DNA from: Podarcis cretensis
Lineage: Eukaryota
Assembly: GCA_951804945.1 (NCBI GenBank)
Contig: OX638152.1
Location: 73,594,001-73,658,000 of the forward strand
Direction of reading: 5' to 3'
DNA: 64,000 nucleotides
This document shows, piece after piece, positions 24,342 through 37,616 of this stretch. The notes beneath the pieces are model-generated. The model worked only from the letters and a program-made list of their open reading frames with translations. It did no database searches and was not told the DNA's origin. Both the position numbers and the translations under genes were made by a program. Each line of letters opens with the position of its first letter. Positions within the stretch are counted from its first letter, which is position 1.

Positions 24342-27300
24342 AATCTTCTTGAACACAGCCCTGGTAGGGCAATGGGTTCTCTACTAATCTCAGGGCCCAG
24401 CTTTTCCAAACATCTGGCTCTGGCTCTGGTCTCCATTATAAGCTCTGCTTCTATAAATTCAGGGGTAATTTTTTCCTATCATGCAAAGATTCACACAAAG
24501 ATACATTGCCTAGTACAGTTTCCATTTACACAAATCTCACTGAGGTCAGCTTTGAGAATATCGGTGGTGGTGGGGTAATCTTTCAAGGCTGTAGACTATG
24601 TAAGTTTGTGGCTTTACATAGCTAAGAACATCAAAACAAATGAGACCATCCTTTAGCTATCATCACCAATATAAATGGCAAGGTACCAAAACTTTAGAAA
24701 TCATAACAGATTGCATAACGAGCTCCTGTCTTCGTTCTGGAGCATCTTTCTACTGTATCATTTATAGCAACATACATAATAATCAGCTTCATTTCTGAAT
24801 ATTTTTTGTTTTAAAAAAAATTTGCAAAGGAAACAACTATGATTATTGTGCTATATAGCAGCATTTATTACAAAAAAAAAATACTGCTGGTTTTAAAACA
24901 TCATTTAACCTAGCATGCAACGGTATCAAATTAGATACAGCCGTGTTCTTTTCTTTCTGTCTTTCTTCCATTCTTTTATTTTTTTAAAAAACTTGGAAGT
25001 GAGGAGGAATCCTGCCTTTATGGAGTAGTAATGAACTGAGCCAAAAGGCTTAGCTATGATTATGTCAACAGTTTAGAACTAATCTGGATTGAAACTCAAT
25101 AGAGGATTTCATTCACTTAGAAAATATGCAAGTTAAAAAACAGCTTGGAAAGGGCATTAGTGCATGTCCAAATCTAGGCAGCATTTGCATACAAGTGAGA
25201 CAGTTAGGGGAAAGGGCCCTCAATGTTTAAAGATAGCAAAATAAGCTTCTAGACTCCCCCAAATAGATCAAGTGGGTTGTGAAATCCATCTTCTTGAGTT
25301 TTTTCAGACCTTGGAGAAGTTATTTCTGCCCAATTAGGCTTTTTACGTGGGGGAAAACCCAGAGAGTAATATACTATAATGCTGCAAAAGAGTAGAAACC
25401 ATTTTGCTACATCCCCTGCCCCCCCACATCCCCTGCCCCCTCAAGTCTCATGAGCCAGGCATTTGAATCATAAGGACTTCTGGGATGGGATTTTCACTCA
25501 GAAATCTCCATTCTTACGTGGATTAAGGGGATTAAAAACCATTAAATGACCATCCTCTAACTCCCTAAAGCAGATTTGCCTCTCTCTCTCCCTCCCTCCC
25601 TCCCTCTCCCTCTCTCTTTCTATCTTCCTTCATTCAGGGCAGACTTTGGGGGTAACAAAGTACCACACACAAAAGGCTCTCTTAGCATGACAAAAGACAG
25701 TCCAACCCACTGAACTGTCAACCAATTGAGACAATGAAATCCAGGCAGTCTACTGGGCTCATTTTCCTCAGAACAAATGGCATCAAACTTTGCAATGGCA
25801 TTGTTTCTCAATCTTGAGCACGGGGCTGGGTTTTTTAAAATATTATTATTATTATTTTATTTTCCTATCCAAAGCTCAAGGTGTCATATTAATTATTTAA
25901 ATCTTCAGAAGATTTCAGCTGTATCCTCCAAGGCTCCGCTCAGTGCCAGAAGGTCTCCAATCTGCATTAGCTTTTGTTAATTAGAGCTGAAACAAGGGCT
26001 TTGATCTCAATGAATATAATAACAAAAAGAAAGGGGAAGAGAGAGAGAGAGCAAAACTTCCTGTGTGATTTATCTTTTTCTTTTTTTTTTACCTATTTTC
26101 TGCCTTTGCTGTCTTTTTTTTTGTTTTTTGCACACTCTATTAGACTTTGATTTACCTTGTCTGAGTAACATTAAACAACTTGGCTACAAAAGAACTTAAG
26201 CAGCTTCAAAAGCCCGATGGAATCAGTAGTTAAATGGTACATGAATTGATCCTGCATCTTTAAAAGAAAACGACACTGTTATTTTTATTTTTATTTCATT
26301 ATAATTTTTAGTTGCAGTGTGAGACTGGGGGTGGGGGTGGGGGGGGTTGATTTGTACCAGCAAGGGTGTATGTCTACTGATCTCAAATATCACAGGTTTC
26401 CCTGTTGGGATTGATCTTGCCTCATTAAGAGTCTTGTTTCTAGAACTATAGTACTGATAGAACAGAAGGCCACACTGAGATTCGGCAAGATGGTCTCCAT
26501 GTATTCCGACTTTTCTTGAGTTTGCAGCAGTGCTTAGATCCAAGAGGGTCACCGCCGGGGCTTGCCTTGTTAAAAATTTTCCTCATTATCATTTCTCCCC
26601 TCACGGAAAACTCTGAAAGGCAAATTTCTGCAGCCCCAAATGAAAAACATTATCAAATTTTAGTGTCACACGAGGTCTAGCTGCGCAACCACGTCAACAG
26701 AGCCCTAACACCTCATCCCCACCCAGTCATGCTTAAATGTAGCCAACCTACAACACCATCAACAATATCTCAGGGAGTGAGGGGGGCAACCCCTGTGCGT
26801 GAAATCTACATTTGAGGTATACAAAATACATGAGGGCAATTTTTATTTTATGGTGGCGCATAAAGTGTTAAGACACACAGACCTCATTAATAGCAACACC
26901 CAAACCTGATAATGTATCCTAGATTGTTCCACACAGAGGACAGTGCAACCCCAAGAGACTGGTCACTCTTGGTTTATCATTTTAGAGTGAATCAATTAAA
27001 GAATATTGTGTGGATTCTGGATGTAAAAAAATATCAGAGCTGAGGAGAAGAGTCTTAAAATAATGGCCAGGAATGCTAATAACCCACTGGATGGCATTGC
27101 CTGAGATAAGGGAGTCTTGAATATAAAAGAATAAGAGCAGAGGCAGGATTTAAATGGAAATGTTGCTCAGTAAAGAAAGTGTATTGCCTTGTAAGTCATG
27201 CTGGGACTTCCTTGTACCTCCAGACCTCCTTTGCCAATGCAAGTCAACTTTACCACTATGCAATAGACACTAACTTTATAAAAGAAGAGAAGAGTATCTT

Positions 27301-27658
27301 CTATGTGCTGCATCCATTGTCGGAGGCAATATGCTGGTCTGGAGGACTGGAGTTCTTCTTATGTGCTTTTGACAGCCAGTGTGAAGTAGTGCATTGATTG
27401 TCAACTGTCAGGTCAGGACCCAAACCTACACTGATGGTACCACCACCATTTTTGCTGCGTAATTCCTCGTGATTAGCCAAGAGTTCTCTGCTTTCTCTGT
27501 GGTGGATTAAGCAACCTTATTTTCATTCCTATGAAAAGACAGGATATCTCTAGAAAGGTGCTCCCTCCATATTTAGTGTAAATGTACAAGAATTTGTGAA
27601 AGTACATAAGGACTTGTCAAACTGAATTGTAACTGCCCGTGTGAACATTATCTATAAC

Positions 27659-27796
27659 CAGGGCTTTTTTTTTCAGCTGGAAGTCACCAGAACTCAGTTC
27701 CAGCACCTCTCAGGTGGGCGCCATTGCCATTATAAGAGAACAAGGGAGGCATTCATGGTAAGTTCCTGAACCTTTTTTTCCTAGAAATTAGCACTG
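27659..27796. mobile_element. hAT-type MITE
   Basis: CAGGGCTTTTTTT...AGAAATTAGCACTG imperfect inverted ends; no clear TSD. Confidence 0.65.
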
Positions 27797-29146
27797 CTTG
27801 TAGTTTGTACTGTCATATATGTCGGGGTGGCAAACCTATGACCCTCCAAATGTCATTGGACTCCATCCTCCCAACTTAATAGCCAAACTGGCAGGGGCTG
27901 ATGGGAGCTGAAGTTCAGCAGACTCACCAAGGTCTGTCAACTTAAATGGTCTTTCCTCTTTCTCACCCCTACACTTTTCGCCACATATTTCCACAAAATA
28001 CTTGCCCTTCCATGTGCTCTCTCTCTGTGTTGTTTTATTTGGAAATTATGCACACTATAAGACGTTTCTGACTGCAGACTGTGCCTGATACATCTGACAA
28101 AAGATATTAACCGTCATGGTGGCCAGAAGCTATTGGAAAGCAGCTAAAGTTAATAACAAGCTAAATATGAAGCAGAAGCCAGAGGTATTTCAAAGCACAA
28201 GGGCAATATGTTGTAGGTTTCTGGCTTATGCACTATCAAAGAGTGAGGTGACAGGGAACCCTCTCCATTCAATTTCTGGATTTGTTGTGTGGAACGAACA
28301 GGGATGAGTGCTGTATGCATCAGAGAACTATCTGGTTCAGATAAATGAAGCCCACTGCACACAATACGAAAGGCAATTTTTGAAAGCCATTGTGACAAAG
28401 TAGATCGAGATTGGATGTGAACTTGGGGATGTGAGAGAGATGCAGCAAGATGTCATTAAAGCTCTGTGGTTGCATTCTCTAGATCAAAGGTAGACAAAAG
28501 GGTGCCCTCCATATGTTTTAGGCTACAGCTCTCATCAGCATCGACCAGCGTGGCCAGTGCTAAGGGATATTTTGTACTCCAAATAGCTGGAGGGCAGCAT
28601 GTTAGCTACTTCTGCTCTAGAAAGATAGATACTAGTTTTATTATTTATTATTTTTAATTGAATGGTGTCATCAATATACATTATTCATTTGTTAATTAAA
28701 GGTAGATAATATTTTATCTTTACCCATATGCTTCATTTCCCTAATTCCCTCACTGAGTTAATGGCTACAGTTTATTGAACTGGGTATTCGTTGAATCACT
28801 GTGTACATCTTTATGGCAACTTGCTCTCAGTGAGCACTGCAGGCCAAATCTCTGCTGTGATGCTGCAGCGCCACCACTGCAGATGGCCAGAGGGTGGTAC
28901 TGCAGCTTATAGCTCAGAAGGGTCACATGACACCATTTGGCAATAGGGATCCATTGGGCTCTAAAGTCACTGACTCAGTCTAGGACCCTAAGCTTGAGCC
29001 TCAGATGTAGACTGAGCTGATCATAGGTGGATTCTCTACTTGTCTGTCAGTTAAACCACATGTTCTACAGCTTCATCAGTGCACCTTCTACTTCTTTGAA
29101 TTTGGCCTGCACAGGAGAGGTTCCTAGTGTATCAAATCATATAGGA

Positions 29147-29446
29147 TAGGGATGTCATTTGTGAATTAAGGTTAGAACTGACCTGATCTCTCAGACTCAC
29201 ATGGAGTTCTTACAGATTTTGAACTTCTCCAAATTTGGGGGTGCAGTTCTTGGCCCCAAAACCAAGTTTTTAAAAATATATTTAAACTGAGTACTTTGAC
29301 AGAAAATGTGTCAAATAAATGCATAAAATGCATTCAAGAACATGGTTTTAAAGAAGTCGATTAATATGGAAGGAATGCAATAGAGTAGGAATAAACACAT
29401 GTAAGAGAGTGGGCGGACTGGAAATAAATGGATCAATTCATCCTTA
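29147..29446. mobile_element. hAT (Ac-like TAGGGATG TIR) MITE
   Basis: TAGGGATG...CATCCTTA ends; interior similar to the 61.6 kb and 63.5 kb copies. Confidence 0.6.
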
Positions 29447-29509
29447 GTCCCAGACCCTTCTCCTCCTCTGCATCTGGTACCTCAATTTGAGTAGCATCAT
29501 TGGCCATTT

Positions 29510-29870
29510 TGTGCAGTTTTTGTTACCTAAATGTCTTCTACATTGTTTACAAGTATAAAGCCAATTATAAATAGAAACACATAATTAAATTATACAATCA
29601 AAAACAATCAAATCATTACATTAAAATCAAACAAATCAAAACACTAAAATAAATCCCCACAATTAAAATGTGTGGTTAAGACAAGCCCATTAAAACAGCA
29701 CAACAATTAAAACAGCAAACAAAACAATTAAAACAAGAGGTTCAAGCCAGGAGATCATGGCAATGTTGTATCTTCAAGTGAATGCCAATACTGATGGGGC
29801 TTCTCATATGTCAATAGGGAGAGCATTCCACAACACTGGTGCCATCAATGAAAAAATCCCACGTCCACGT
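29510..29870 (-). mobile_element. Degenerate L2-type LINE 3' end
   Basis: A-rich antisense 3' UTR then GGGAGAGCATTCCACAACACTGGTGCCATCAATGAAAA. Confidence 0.6.
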
Positions 29871-30665
29871 TGATTATTATTTATTTAAACTGAGTACTAC
29901 TGAGTAGTAGTAGTATGCTGCCTTTCCATAGTTAAAACTATGCTCAATACACACTAACACACTCTTTTTGAGTGCTCTATTCTGCTGACTTTTAAGTTTG
30001 CTAGCCAACACACCAAAATAAAGGCAGGTGCTTCCAAGTTAAATAGATCTGTTTCCTCCTTTCCTCATCACAGTCCTTCTGGGAAAATCCTTGTACCTAG
30101 TGGGTTCACTAGGCCTACTTACAGCTGTTTGTGCTTGTAAGTGTGGGAAGATCCACTCTCCTCTGACATGAAAGGGCCATGTCAATCTCCATCAATTTAC
30201 AAGACAGAATTACAGAGAGCAAAAAGGCAGAGATGTCAGAAACTCAAGCTGATAAGAAACTATGCTGAAGGCAAAAGAGCTTCTTAAGAGAAGCAAATAC
30301 AGTAGACTCACTCCCCTCAATCATCCTTCTTTCTTCCCTGGCTTCTACGCAGCAAATCATGTTGTACCTGTTAGCTAGTTACAGTAACTAGTGCAGAATA
30401 AGCACTTTCTTCTTCTTTTTTTCCAAGCGAGATTGTGTAATAAAATGTATTTCCTCCCATTTTGAAAGGAACGATGAAGTGGGGTAGAAAGAACCAATTA
30501 TTCCTTTTGTCGAGGTTTTTATCCCAGAATTCAGTTAACCTGGCTTGAAAGTGTTGCTAGCCCAGTGGAATTAAACTGGAGCATTGCCAAGCGCTGAGGA
30601 GAAAGTTAAGGTAATAGGAGACTCAACGAACTCCCTTCTAGAGCCACTGTTTGAACTATCCTCAG

Positions 30666-30874
30666 CAGTGGTAGCTGGTTCCCATAGGGGCTGGTAGAGC
30701 AACCCAGTTGAGTTCTAAAATGGCAACTCTGAGACTAAAGAGAAATAAGGTAACAGCTATTGCCACCTTCTGGACTGGAGGCAAATATGAAGGTAGGCAA
30801 ACAGAGGCTGGCTGGGGGCAGGCTGAGGTTGGTGGGGCAGTGCCCAGTTCACCCTAATGGACCACTTTCCACTG
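30666..30874. mobile_element. hAT-type MITE
   Basis: CAGTGGTAGCTGGTTCCCATAGGG...CCCTAATGGACCACTTTCCACTG imperfect inverted ends. Confidence 0.65.
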
Positions 30875-31522
30875 GTCTTGACTCCTGGGAAAAAAGCACA
30901 CAAACATACACATATACATACATACCCACAGGCTTTTCTGTTGCACAGACTGCCATTATGTCAGGATTCATGAGTTCCTGCTATAAACTGTAAGGGCTTT
31001 TAATGGGAAATGATTTGCTATTAAAGATTATGTTCCAAAAGACAACATGCAAGGCAACTGCTCAAAGCAACTTGTTTAATAGGATGAGTTCCATTATTAA
31101 GCACGATTTATTGCCATTCAGTGACGGAGTGCTGCACGAGAACAGAGTCCCTCAAAAGAATGTCATAAAATTATGTTGCCTTGCTGCAGGAGTTGCTGTG
31201 ATTTTAGTTTCTTTCAGAATCTGCAAGCTGTTCTGGACACCCTCCTTGAATAGAAGAAGGATAGACACGATCATATACAAAGGGGGGGGGGGAATCAATA
31301 GCATTCAAAAACTCTGAACCTGCTATTTAAAAACGAATGCAAACCCAGTGGGATTTAGTTTTATTTATTCAGATGCTCGGTATGTTTTATGTGCTCAAGA
31401 CCACATAAAACAAAATCCACTAGTCTCAGAGACCCAAATGTTCTATATGACCTTTCAAGGAGTGAAAGGTGGCATACATGGTGTTCCACCTTCCCATTTT
31501 ATCCTCACAGCTATGATGTGAG

Positions 31523-32138
31523 CAGTAGCAGAGTTTCATGCTCTGGCACCCGGGGGGGGAGGGGAGAGCAGGTGGGGGCGTGGTGCGCTGCCTGCGGGGG
31601 CATGGCGCTTGTTAGAATTCCTGCCCCATGATTGCAGTCATGGGATTTTTGTCTATCACATGACGATATATGTTTTGACTCCACAGAGTGGGAAGTGACA
31701 GAGACAGGATGTTTGTCTTACTGTGTTCCGTGAAGTGGGACTATTGTCCTTTGTTTGTTTTTCTCTTTGCTGTCTGATGCTAGGGCGAGAGGGAGCCATG
31801 TTGCAGTGCTCCATGTGTGTTTATATGTAACTAAAGTAGATTAGCCAAAATGCTGAGTTGCTGAGGTCTGCTACGCAAACTGAGAACACTCTGTGGATCC
31901 CTAAGTGTGCCGGTGTCGGTTGGCATCGGTCGCTGTGATGTTCGGGCAGAAGAAAACTTTTGAAGCTTCCGAACAAAAGACCAGGAGGGAGAGAACGTGC
32001 CAGTCGGGCATGTGTCTCTGCCAGGGTCCTACTCGAGTGTAGGAAGAGCTCCGGGGGGGGCAGTCATGATGGCAGCCCACCAGGATCGTTGTGCCAGGGG
32101 CGATGCGCTCTCTCCATCCCCCTCTTCCTCCGCCAGTG
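31523..32138. mobile_element. GC-rich hAT MITE carrying an LTR-like insertion
   Basis: CAGTAGCAGAG...CTCCGCCAGTG ends; perfect 8-bp TSD GATGTGAG at 31515-31522 and 32139-32146. Confidence 0.85.
31610..32052 (+). mobile_element. LTR-like insertion (right end uncertain)
   Basis: Abrupt start TGTTAGAA, possible end TTCCGAACA at 31975, polyA-signal-like ACTAAA near 31830; no TSD found. Confidence 0.6.
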
Positions 32139-33000
32139 GATGTGAGTTAGATTAGCTTGAGAGACTAGGACCTGCCCAGTGAGCTTCATGGCTTAGTCGG
32201 GTAATCAGGTAGTGTGTGAAAGATGTTGAGGGTGGCTGGAAGACCCCTATTCCTCAGACACAGCTACACTTCTCAAACTTCCCTGGGAATAGGGATTGAG
32301 TGATTAGCTACTCTAGGAACTGTAGCTCTCTGAAGGGAGTAGGGGATCTCCTAACAACACTCAGCACCCATAACAAATTACAGTTCCTGGGATTCTTTGG
32401 GAGAAGCCATGACAGCCGAACTGGTTTAATAGTGCTTTAAATGTGTGGTGTGGCTGTTATAAATTGTACAGTGAGCCTATTCATGTAGACATTCAGCTTC
32501 CAGGAATGGCAGCTGGGGTTTAAGAGAGGGGACAGCGATCTCATCCCCATTCTCTCCTCATGCAAGTGACAGGGGATGTGTTTCTCAGACTCAAGTCACA
32601 GTCCCAAAGATTCCCATACAAACACTTCCCCAATCTCCACCTCTGTCTCTCAAGTCAAATCTAGTCTTGGGTGTTTGTGTGTGTGTTTTTGTGGTATCGA
32701 AATCTGTAGCCCAGTCTGGCCTGGTCCCTCATAAAGTGTCTCCTTTCCACATTGCTTGGACCTTGTTTACAAGCAATGAAAGATGGTCATTTCCACCCTC
32801 TAATGTCAACCCTCAGCATCTGAAACACAGCTACACACTGCAGGCTTTCAGTTGATCTGAAATGGTAATTTACCAGAAAAATTAGCTTTATGGAACTGCT
32901 AAGAATTCTGCAGCCCTTTCAGGAAGCAACCATTCATAATTTAGGGAGACCTGCCCTTACCAGATGTATACTATGTATAGAAAGATGCCTTCACCTATAC

Positions 33001-33272
33001 CAGGCACGTCCAACAGGTAGATCACTGGATGTCTGTGGTAGATCACTGGCAGACCACTGGCTCCCCCCCCCCCATGAAGCTCAACAAGTTTGGGTTCCCT
33101 AAAAAAAGGTCAACATTTTTGCCCTGCACCCCAAAAAAGGGGCCTTCCTTCTTCCTAAAAAAAGCTCAATAATTTTGATCTGAACCCCCAAAAAGGGGGT
33201 AGATCACTGCCAGTTTTTAACTCGCAGTCTCTTGGGAGTAGATCGCAGTCTCTTGGGAGTTGGCCACCCCTG
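33001..33272. mobile_element. hAT (Charlie-like) MITE
   Basis: CAGGCACGTCCAAC...GTTGGCCACCCCTG ends; perfect 8-bp TSD ACCTATAC; repeated GGTAGATC subterminal motifs. Confidence 0.92.
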
Positions 33273-34839
33273 ACCTATACTGACCCTGGGTGCAAACAGA
33301 TCTATCCACTGGAAGATCTGTCCTCCACATATTCATCTCATCCCTGCTGAAAGCCATTTATATTAACACTGCAGTATCCTTTGACAGCATGTTCAATAGT
33401 GTGATTGTGTGCTGTCTTGAGGCTGAAGGAGATAAGGGGTTCGCGCTCTCCTCTCAGCCTGAAAAATCCAGCAATTTGTAAATCTGTGTATTTAAAGAAG
33501 AACATACTGAGAAGGGCACATAAGTTCCTTGCCTCCTTCAGTCTCGAAACAACAGTGAGGTCAGAGTTTGATTCAATTTTTTAAAAAACCAAGCCTCACA
33601 GGCATTTTTCTATTCAGCTTTGAAATCAAACTTTCCCCCAAACAAAATCAATTCTGTATGTAGATTTCTCATTGTACGCTTAGATTTCTGAAAGGTTCCC
33701 ACCTTCTTTTTCAATTTCATCTGAAACATACATTACTTTTTTAAAAATCTAACTGATTTCCCCACTGCTACCAACATTTAATCATGCTCCAGATCCAATG
33801 CAATGAAACATTTGCCGTCTAGATATGCTAAACAAAGCAAGGTTTACTTGCCTTTATCTTTTTAGTCACCTGCCCACCTTTCAGTCTCACTCAAGCAGTT
33901 GTGAGCGAACTAAAGGATACAGAAGATTAGCTGGCAAGGCATTTGGCCAGCACTGTCCTCTTTTGAAGAAAAAAAATTAGTTTTGCTTGTTGTATATGCC
34001 AGTCTCCTGCTCCAGGATCCATCTCTGCAAGGAAATCTTTTAATTACCTCTTCCCACCCCCCCATTCCCCAAATGACAGCTTTCACCACTGGAGTTGAGT
34101 TCTTGGACATTAGCAATTGAATAGGAAGCCTTCATACTGTATATCATTTTAATCTTTCATGTTTAAGTAAGCCAGATGGCTTATTATTATAAGCCCTGTT
34201 TAAAAAAGAGAGAGAATGAGAAAAGAAAACCACACAAACTTTCTATCAGAGGATTTGTAAGATGATGGGGGGGGGGAGGAAGGAGGGGGATTTTGCATCA
34301 CACAAAACAGCCTGAATTTTAATTGCACATCATAGTTTGGCAGTAATATTCCCGTAATTACCATTCCTGCTAAATGAATGGGTGGATTAAATGGATAACT
34401 AAAATAGCATTGAAAGTTCCTAGCGTGCAGATTTGTCCTTAAAAGATGGAATAGCTAAGTAAAGTTGTCAGTTGCTTGTGTGTAATTCACAGAGCTTTGA
34501 ACAGTTTTGTCTAGGCACAAAAAAACCCCTGCTTTCCTTTCCTTAAAGCATTGGTTGTATTCCCCCCCCCCCAAGCTAGCTTTGCTTCTTTCCTGCCAAA
34601 TGCTCTTTATTATGCCGCATACAGAAGCTTTTGATTGATGAAGCTAAAATATGAAAGCTGTTTCATTTTTGCTTTGGATGGCATTCTGTAAATATCATGC
34701 AAGAGCCCAGCCAAGCTCTCCTGGCTTGAGGCCCAAATCTGCTGATATTTTTTTTTTTTTTTTGCTTGGGAACAGAGCTACTTACACAAATGGCCTATAA
34801 AAGTCAATGGGACTACTCAGATAAATTAAGCTCATGCAG

Positions 34840-35270
34840 CGCAAAAGTGTTAGCCGCACAGGGTCACGTGACTCTTGCAAATACACCATTACCATTGTAA
34901 CCGTTAGGCAACCGCAGTTAAATCATTTTTTAAATCCCTCGGGGCTATAGGTTATGTTATTGCTTAAACAAGTGTTGTGTTGCCCTGGCAAATCCTTGAG
35001 GTCCAGATTATTTTTTAATTACATCTGGCCAAATATTATTAACTGGATCCTAAATGTTGCCATTTCCCAATTAGCATTAATCTCCAAGTAACATTATCTG
35101 TTAAAGCCCAGGGTTCTCCAAGACAAAACTGTCATTGATCGCAGTGACATCAGGAATAGACAGGCAACACTTTAAATAAGGAGCAGATGGCAGCACAGCT
35201 CAGGTCCAAATCATGATATTGTACATTCTATTAATAATAATGTGTGTGTTGCATTATTTTTTCCTATGGA
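34840..35270. promoter_or_regulatory. Candidate enhancer with RFX, E-box and homeodomain motifs
   Basis: GTCACGTGAC 34863; GGCAAC/GTTGCC at 34907, 34979, 35056, 35163; CAGATG E-boxes at 35022 (minus) and 35184; motif evidence only. Confidence 0.45.
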
Positions 35271-36674
35271 GAATCATGCCATCATCTACTTAGATTCATG
35301 GAAGGGCCAACTCTTCTTTCTTGCACAGGGAGAAGAACACACTGCTGATACAGAACGCATTCAAAGCACACGGCTATAGTTTTGTTAAGGGTGCCTGGAA
35401 CTACAGTTCCCATGATTTTTATTTTATTTTTTGGTGGGGGAGCCATATGCTTTAAAATGTACCTTAAACCTATGGTGCAGATAGAGCCACTTCTGCAGAT
35501 AGAGGCATTTCTGCACTGAAGACAGAGAAGGTCTGTCTTGAATGGAATCTTGTTGAACCTCCTGCTACTGTTCTAGATCCAAGAATCAAGATCGCGACCC
35601 ATGGCTTAGACATTCATCTTAGGGACATTGATAGTCACCTTATACCATTGGACCTTAGACCATTGTTCCATCTAGCTTGTGATTACTATGCTGACTGGCA
35701 TTGCCTCTCTCACATTCTTTCCCAGCTGAACCCAGTGACACCAAACTTTTCTTTATGCATCTCAGATATGTCAGGATTGGGTCTGAAGTGGGAAAAAGCA
35801 CTCTGCATATGGGCAAAAGTGCTCTCTTTGTTACTGCCTCACATGTTCCACCTCTAAGCTCATACAGTGTCCTGTCCTCTCTGTGTTAGAACATTTTCAC
35901 CAGTGAAAAGATAACTGCTTTAATTAATTATGTTTATAGTTAATGTGATGCAGAGAGGGGCTGTTTAAAAACTGAGTTTACATTTTTAGCATTGATGCTT
36001 TTCCTACTAATAGGGCAAATGCAAAACAAAAAACTGCGGTGTCCCATGCATCTTTACTCAGAGGTAAGCCGCACTGTGTTCAGTGGGGCTTATTCCTTAG
36101 AGGGTAAAGGGGGGGGGGAGGTTTAAGATTGCAGCCTACGTAGGTGCCACTTGTGAAAATGGTCTTACTGTCACATGATGATCCATGCACAGGTGTGCAA
36201 AGATGGGCACACACATGCACAGAACCTAACACAAATGGAGTCATGCATAACAGTAAGAGCCACACGACAGTAAGAAAGCACAAGAAACCTACTTATGAAA
36301 TCAAGTAGGTCTGACCTTGAAAAAATACAGGGATGGGAAAACACCCAGGGACATCTGAATGTCACTCTGAGCTCATTGTGGGGAAAGTGGCACAAGGAAT
36401 GCAATAACTAGATAAGGTTATTGATCCTCAAAATGGGGGGAAATGCATCAGAAATACAAGCAAGTTCCTTTGCGTAGCTACATTTTCCACAGCTAGCTGG
36501 TGCTCCAGGCTCCAGCTGATGCTTTAAATAATATTTAATTTAAAACATTTTAATGCCCTTTCCACAACGCAGCCTGCAAAATGAAATAAGGATGAACGCC
36601 ACAAATCTAAATCAAATGCAGAAGCAAATTCGTGATTATATCATTAATAATAAAATCACAGAAAGATATTACAG

Positions 36675-37167
36675 TCTGAAAGCCCTGCACTGGCTGCCAG
36701 TACATTACTGAGGAAAGTTCAGGGTATTGCTGTTAGTGTGCAAAGCCCAGAATGGCTTTGGACCATGTTGCCTGAAGAACCACCTTGTCCCTTTTATGCT
36801 GGCCCAGATCCTTGCAATCATCAGGAGAAGCCCTCCTGACTGCCCCACAATCAACTTATCTTTGTTTAGTTTCTGTGTGGACTTTTATCATAGTGGCAGC
36901 AGTCATTCGGAAGACTTTGGCTATGGAAATCAGACAGGCACCTCCAATCCTGATATTTCCCAACCTGCTGAAATTGTCTTTGTGTCACCAAGGTTTTTAT
37001 TTTTTTATTTTAAGAGAATTTAAGAGAATCTGATTCAATGTTGGTCATTTGCTCTGTATTTTATGGTTTTATAATTTTATGGTTTTTCAGTACACCACGT
37101 TGATATTTTTTAATGAGTTGGTGGTTTATAAATGTTCTTATAAATACAAATAAACAGATAAATAAAT
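36675..37167 (+). mobile_element. Degenerate L2-type LINE 3' fragment
   Basis: CTGAAAGCCCTGCACTGGCTGCCAGT (L-H-W-L-P motif of L2 ORF2 end), TAAA tail. Confidence 0.7.
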
Positions 37168-37236
37168 ACCCCTTCCCCAACAGTAGAAATGGAAGGAAGG
37201 GAAAGGTACACTAAAGAGAAAATATTTTCAGTGGAA

Positions 37237-37616
37237 GCCTACACATGCCTACTCAGATTATGCCCCATTGAGTTCAGTGGAGCTGGCTATCAGGTAAGTA
37301 GGGCTCTTATTGCACCACTTCCACCTACCTGAGAGTAGGCCCTATGGGGTTTACCTCTGTGAGTCGATAGGCATAGGCTTAAGCTGCAATACTAGCTTCA
37401 AATGATTTTCTAGATGATACATTTTGTGCACCTCCCTGAAGAGCAGTCTAGAAAAACAAACAGGAAACACAATTTTTGCTTTTCGTGTCTTTCCTGGGAA
37501 ACAAACTCAATATGAGAACATTGTGATGGTCAGTAACATTTTATTATCCTGTTGATACCGATGTGTTCAATGGGGCTTACTTATTCCCAGATAAGTGTGC
37601 CTAGGATTGCAGCCTA
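37237..37616. repeat. Cluster of short palindromic repeats (CCCATTGAGTTCAATGGG / GGATTGCAGCC family)
   Basis: Three degenerate copies here; relatives at ~15297-15386 and 36040-36137. Confidence 0.55.

Larger units (their letters stand above)
31450..32200 (-). mobile_element. MIR-like/Squam3-type SINE interrupted by nested MITE and LTR
   Basis: CCCATTTTATCCTCACAGC and TTAGATTAGCTTGAGAGAC...CCCAGTGAGCTTCATGGCT match the reverse complement of 6548-6778. Confidence 0.6.
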
